Shown here in pieces: positions 60,007-64,000 of a DNA stretch of 64,000 bases (positions within the stretch are counted from its first letter, which is position 1; each line of letters begins with the position of its first letter). This DNA is from a virus (taxonomy: Duplodnaviria > Caudoviricetes). The translations under genes were made by a program, and so were the position numbers. The notes under the pieces are model-generated. The model was not told where the DNA came from, did not search any database, and worked only from the letters and a program-made list of their open reading frames with translations. The stretch lies in the IMG/VR virus record IMGVR_UViG_3300033076_001145, positions 128,001 to 192,000 of that record; one strand, written 5' to 3'.

Positions 60007-60966
60007 CTATCCAAACTTTTTTAAATAATAATCAATAGTTTTTTCAATCCCTTCATCAATACCTACTTTAGGTTTCCATCCTAATTCATTATTAATTTTA
60101 CTATAATTAATTGAGTACCTGAAGTCATGTCCTTTTCTATCTTCAACAAAGGTGATTAAGTTCTTAGAATCTCTTCCCCATTTTTTTAACTTATCAATCT
60201 TTTCACAAATCAATTTTGTCATTTCTAAATTTGTGATTTCATTATCTCCACCAATACAATAAGTCTCACCAATTTTCCCATTATGAAAAATCATATCAAT
60301 CGCATCAACATGGTCCATAACATATAACCAGTCTCTAACATTTGAACCATTACCGTAGATTGGTATTTTTTTACCCTCCAAAATATTTTTTATCGCCTTT
60401 GGAATTAACTTTTCGTTGTGTTGATTGGGTCCGTAGTTATTTGAACAATTTGAAATTACAACGGGTAAATTATATGTGTGGTGATAAGCCCTAACGAAAT
60501 GGTCTGAAGATGCTTTAGATGCCGAATAGGGACTTCTTGGGTCATATGGAGTTTCTTCATTAAATGACCCTTCATTACCTAATTGTCCAAAAACCTCATC
60601 TGTCGATATGTGGTAAAACAATTCAATACCATATTTAACACAAGCATCCAATAAATTAGCAGTTCCAATAACATTTGTATAAATGAACTCCATAGGATTT
60701 TCAATTGAATTATCAACATGTGACTCCGCAGCAAAATGAATAACCTTATTAAATTTATACAAATCAAATAAAGAGAATAATCTATCCCTATCAGTTATAC
60801 TAAATTTAATTATTCTTGCGTGTTTATGGTCTTCAATATTATTAATATTGGATGCGTAAGTACCAGAATCTAATATTGTTATATTATAATTCGGATACTT
60901 TGTTTTAAAATAATTGTAGAAATTGGACCCAATAAATCCCAATCCACCTGTGATTAATAAATTCAT
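60007..60966 (-). CDS. rfbB: dTDP-glucose 4,6-dehydratase
   Basis: GGLGFIG, HFAAESHVD, STDEV, YSASK, NNYGP, RDWLYV, RKGHD.RY. Confidence 0.95.
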   Translation of the reverse strand: MNLLITGGLGFIGSNFYNYFKTKYPNYNITILDSGTYASNINNIEDHKHARIIKFSITDRDRLFSLFDLYKFNKVIHFAAESHVDNSIENPMEFIYTNVIGTANLLDACVKYGIELFYHISTDEVFGQLGNEGSFNEETPYDPRSPYSASKASSDHFVRAYHHTYNLPVVISNCSNNYGPNQHNEKLIPKAIKNILEGKKIPIYGNGSNVRDWLYVMDHVDAIDMIFHNGKIGETYCIGGDNEITNLEMTKLICEKIDKLKKWGRDSKNLITFVEDRKGHDFRYSINYSKINNELGWKPKVGIDEGIEKTIDYYLKKFG

Positions 60967-61671
60967 TTTTCGATTTTCAAAATAAATTCTGACTTTGTTT
61001 TGTCGAACTCTTCCTTTTCAATTTCATTCCAAGAAAGTTCATTTAAGAACCTCTTAAATTCCTTATCTTTTATTTTTTTCAAATACTTCAATAAGTCTTC
61101 TTCAGTTGCAGTTGGATTAACTTCCATGAATTGTTTAATTAATGGAAACTTTTCCAAGTCTATATCTTCCAGTTGTCTTACACCTGTATAGTAGTGTTTC
61201 TCAACAACTCCTATTTTTACTTTCATAAGATAAGTTTAGTAAAAATTATTTTAATTGTCTATACGTATTCAACAGATATTGTTTTTGTATCAATACCATA
61301 AGAGGTAAGTAGAGGATGTAATCCGTATCTGATTAAAAATGCCCACGGTTGGAAGAATTTATTAATGTAGTTACTAATCTTTCCACTTGAATCCGGTAGA
61401 TACTCTTCCTTCTCAAAATCATAGAATTCAGATTGCTCTTTTTTAACTTCTTCTTCAAAAGATTTATCAATATATAAAGTTAGAGTAACATTTTGGGGTT
61501 TCCAAACAAGTTTTCTGACAAAAGGGGTTGAATACAAATATTTCATATCCCCTTCTAGTTTAATATCTTTAATATATGGAAATACCTCTTGTAATTCATC
61601 TAACATTATTTTACCAATTTCATCAGGTAAAATCATTTTTTTAGTATCTCCCAAGTAATGAGTTTCTTCCA

Positions 61672-62508
61672 TTATTTAAGTAAGTTGTAGTATTCTTTGA
61701 AGTGTTTGATTCTATCAGGTAATCCAATTGTTCCTCCGTTTACTCTTTTAGTTACCGCAGTTACCGTAGCGTCATCAGCACCCTTATCACAAATAGACCA
61801 AAGTTTATTTGAGTCAAAGAAAAATGCCGCAGATGCTAATGGATATTTGGTAGCAACTAAATCAGGGTTAGATACAGTATCTTCTCCGATAAACTTTGCG
61901 AAGTTAGTATAATTTTGCTTACCAGTCAACTGAATATACCCTCTTCCGCGAAATTTAAACCCTTCACCTGTTGATTCATCACCATTACCCATTCTTCCAC
62001 CATACACTTTAGATGCAATCTTTTCAGGGTTTCTAGCATATCCTTCAGCTAAATTACCAGGGAAATACTTTGGGAAGATTTTCTTTAGTCCGTCAGCAGA
62101 ATAATTTAAATTCTCCTGAACTGCCTTAAAACCTCCTGATTCGTGACCACACTGAGCCAAGAAATGAGCAAGTCTTAATGGATTTGTAATATTAAATTTC
62201 TTAGCAGTGTCAGGAATTTGAGCAATTACACTATCAGGAATATGTCCTTTCAAATTTTGTAATTTAAATTCTGAACTTACAGGAATTACAACATCTTCTT
62301 TTATCACTTGAGCTGGTTGGGTAGGAGCCCCAAACATTTTTGACCAAGTCCCATCACCAACAATTCCGTCAGCAGTTAATCCGTTTGCCGCTTGCCATTC
62401 TTTTACTTTAGCTGCAGTTCCGTTACCGAATATTCCATCAGCAGTTAATCCTAATTTTGCTTGGAGTTTTTTAACATCTTCTCCGTTTGAACCAATTTTT
62501 AATAACAT
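61672..62508 (-). CDS. Endolysin: peptidoglycan-binding domain + glycoside hydrolase family 19
   Basis: DGIFG/DGIVG PG-binding motifs; FLAQCGHES, ENLNYS, RGRGYIQLTG, VNGG. Confidence 0.9.
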   Translation of the reverse strand: MLLKIGSNGEDVKKLQAKLGLTADGIFGNGTAAKVKEWQAANGLTADGIVGDGTWSKMFGAPTQPAQVIKEDVVIPVSSEFKLQNLKGHIPDSVIAQIPDTAKKFNITNPLRLAHFLAQCGHESGGFKAVQENLNYSADGLKKIFPKYFPGNLAEGYARNPEKIASKVYGGRMGNGDESTGEGFKFRGRGYIQLTGKQNYTNFAKFIGEDTVSNPDLVATKYPLASAAFFFDSNKLWSICDKGADDATVTAVTKRVNGGTIGLPDRIKHFKEYYNLLK

Positions 62509-62821
62509 AATTTTATAGTTTTAACTATAAATATTTTAAAATTGATTACTTTTTGGTGTAAATGTAAAAATGTTCTCCGATTTCTTTCGTATATCTTTCA
62601 ATATACTTACCCTCACAAGCTTTTTTTAGGTCACTGGTCAATGCAAAATGTTCATCCTCATCTAAGGTAGGTTGTATTTTTATTTCATATTCCATCTTAT
62701 TTGGTAATTCTTTTTCTTTCACCTCAGCCCAAGATGGAAGAACTTCTTTTAAGTTTTCTAGTATTGACATATTAGTAATTATCTACTTATAACAAAAAAA
62801 CCCATCAGAACGACGGGTCAA

Positions 62822-63656
62822 ATAAACGAAGCCTGAGATTACAGCTTTGATTGAGAACCTTTGGAAGGATTATTGTTTCCCTTCGTATCCACTTCCTTTT
62901 GAGAAGTATTTCTCAGTGACGGTCTTTTAAGTTTACCACTCTTTGAGGTTTGAATTACTCTATCAGTACTCAACTCTTTCCGAGGTTGCCACCCCAGTTC
63001 GTCCTTGCGGGATTAAAGGTCTTTCGTAACAATACACATTGACTTGGGGTCTTTGTGTGCAATGAACGGCTCATTACTATGTAGTCACCTTTCACTCAAA
63101 CCTGATGGACACTTTTCCTTAATGTATTTTAATTAATTGGATAATTTAAATTCCATTTAGTTTTGTGTCGTAGATGTGTCAGAGTAGTGGTCCACCGTAA
63201 GCTCCGTTTCCTTTTGAGAAACGAAATACTAAACTACTCCGTGAAGTGTCCCCACCTCCATATTCCAAGATTACTTCATAAAGAGACCTTGGTAGGTCTG
63301 ACTTTAGGGGTAGTAGCGACACCACTCGTTCTCCACCTTACCTTTCGGTTTTAAGTCCTCTATCATATTGGGACCCGCAATAGTGTGATTGGATAATCAC
63401 ATTTCTTACAGAGTTCCTATGGGTTATTCTTATTACTCTTCCGAGTTCAACCTGACAATCTACTTTGCCAGGTCACCCTACCATTTTCCCTACGAAGTTA
63501 TCCTCGGTACCGAAGGTTTGGTGATATCCCACTTGTGTACTTGAGTTCAATTTCCCTTACGGGATTTCAAACCGCAGTCTCCTCAACACGGGGGAGACCA
63601 CTTTATCCTACTTTCGTAGTTTATTTAAGGACCATACACGGCCCATTATCGTTTAT
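62822..63656 (-). ncRNA. Candidate giant (~835 nt) structured RNA, GOLLD-like in size and context
   Basis: No credible ORF; terminal helix ATAAACGA/TCGTTTAT; many GNRA-capped hairpins on the minus strand; promoters and boxA upstream, terminator downstream. Confidence 0.7.
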
Positions 63657-63720
63657 CAGATTAAATGTCTCATAATCAACCCGAAGGTCTCATAATCAAC
63701 TACTGAATGGATAATCTATT

Positions 63721-64000
63721 TTTTCAAAGAACGTTTCGGACATTTCCGAATTGTTTTACAAATTTACGACATTTATTTCTATTTGTCAAGTTATTTGTTA
63801 ACTTTTTTTTGAGATTTGGAAACTTTAATCGTTTTACCACTCTGTGAACCTTAATCTCAAATCCTTTACAAACTTACAACATCTTTTCCAATTTGTCAAA
63901 CTTTTTGTAAAGTTTTTTTTAGTTTTGACTACCGAGTATCTTTCATTTCCTATAAGTGTCAAATCTTTTACAAACTTAAAGCAAATATTCGGTAGTGTCA
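63721..64000 (-). promoter_or_regulatory. Three tandem TTGACA-N17-TAnnTTTG promoters plus boxA
   Basis: -7 boxes at 63759-63766, 63869-63876, 63971-63978, each with (T)TGACA 17 nt upstream; GTTCTTTGAAAA at 63721-63732. Confidence 0.7.

Noticed and set aside
1-64000. Alternative genetic code (stop-codon reassignment) as in some huge phages
   Set aside because: Conserved genes (dnaK, clpP, rfbB, mgsA) are full length in the standard code, all three stops are used, and no clear suppressor tRNA was seen

Overview
This is an AT-rich, gene-dense, almost entirely minus-strand segment of a very large (jumbo/huge) phage genome. The host is most likely a Bacteroidota bacterium, judged from TAnnTTTG promoters, no obvious Shine-Dalgarno sites and T9SS C-terminal domains. 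Protein genes include a two-component cluster (2 histidine kinases plus a receiver), an RNA-repair kit (Rnl1-like ligase, P-loop kinase, phosphoesterases, cyclic-phosphate receiver, HAD), mgsA, dnaK, clpP, an HD hydrolase, rmlB, a GH19 endolysin, homing endonucleases and three T9SS-cargo-like proteins. There are about 27 tRNA genes, one with a group I intron. Main unexplained systems: (1) five dispersed mini-CRISPR units with a 36-nt Cas13b (type VI-B)-like repeat and 29-31-nt spacers, built into the 3' coding ends of a paralogous gene family, with no cas gene in the window; (2) about 19 tRNA-scaffold elements with constant acceptor/D/T arms but hypervariable middles, interleaved with other repeated structured RNAs; (3) a leader-peptide attenuator plus rrn-like boxA in front of the main tRNA operon; (4) large ORF-free structured RNAs of about 835, 475 and 195 nt. 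All calls were made by eye and no database searches were run.
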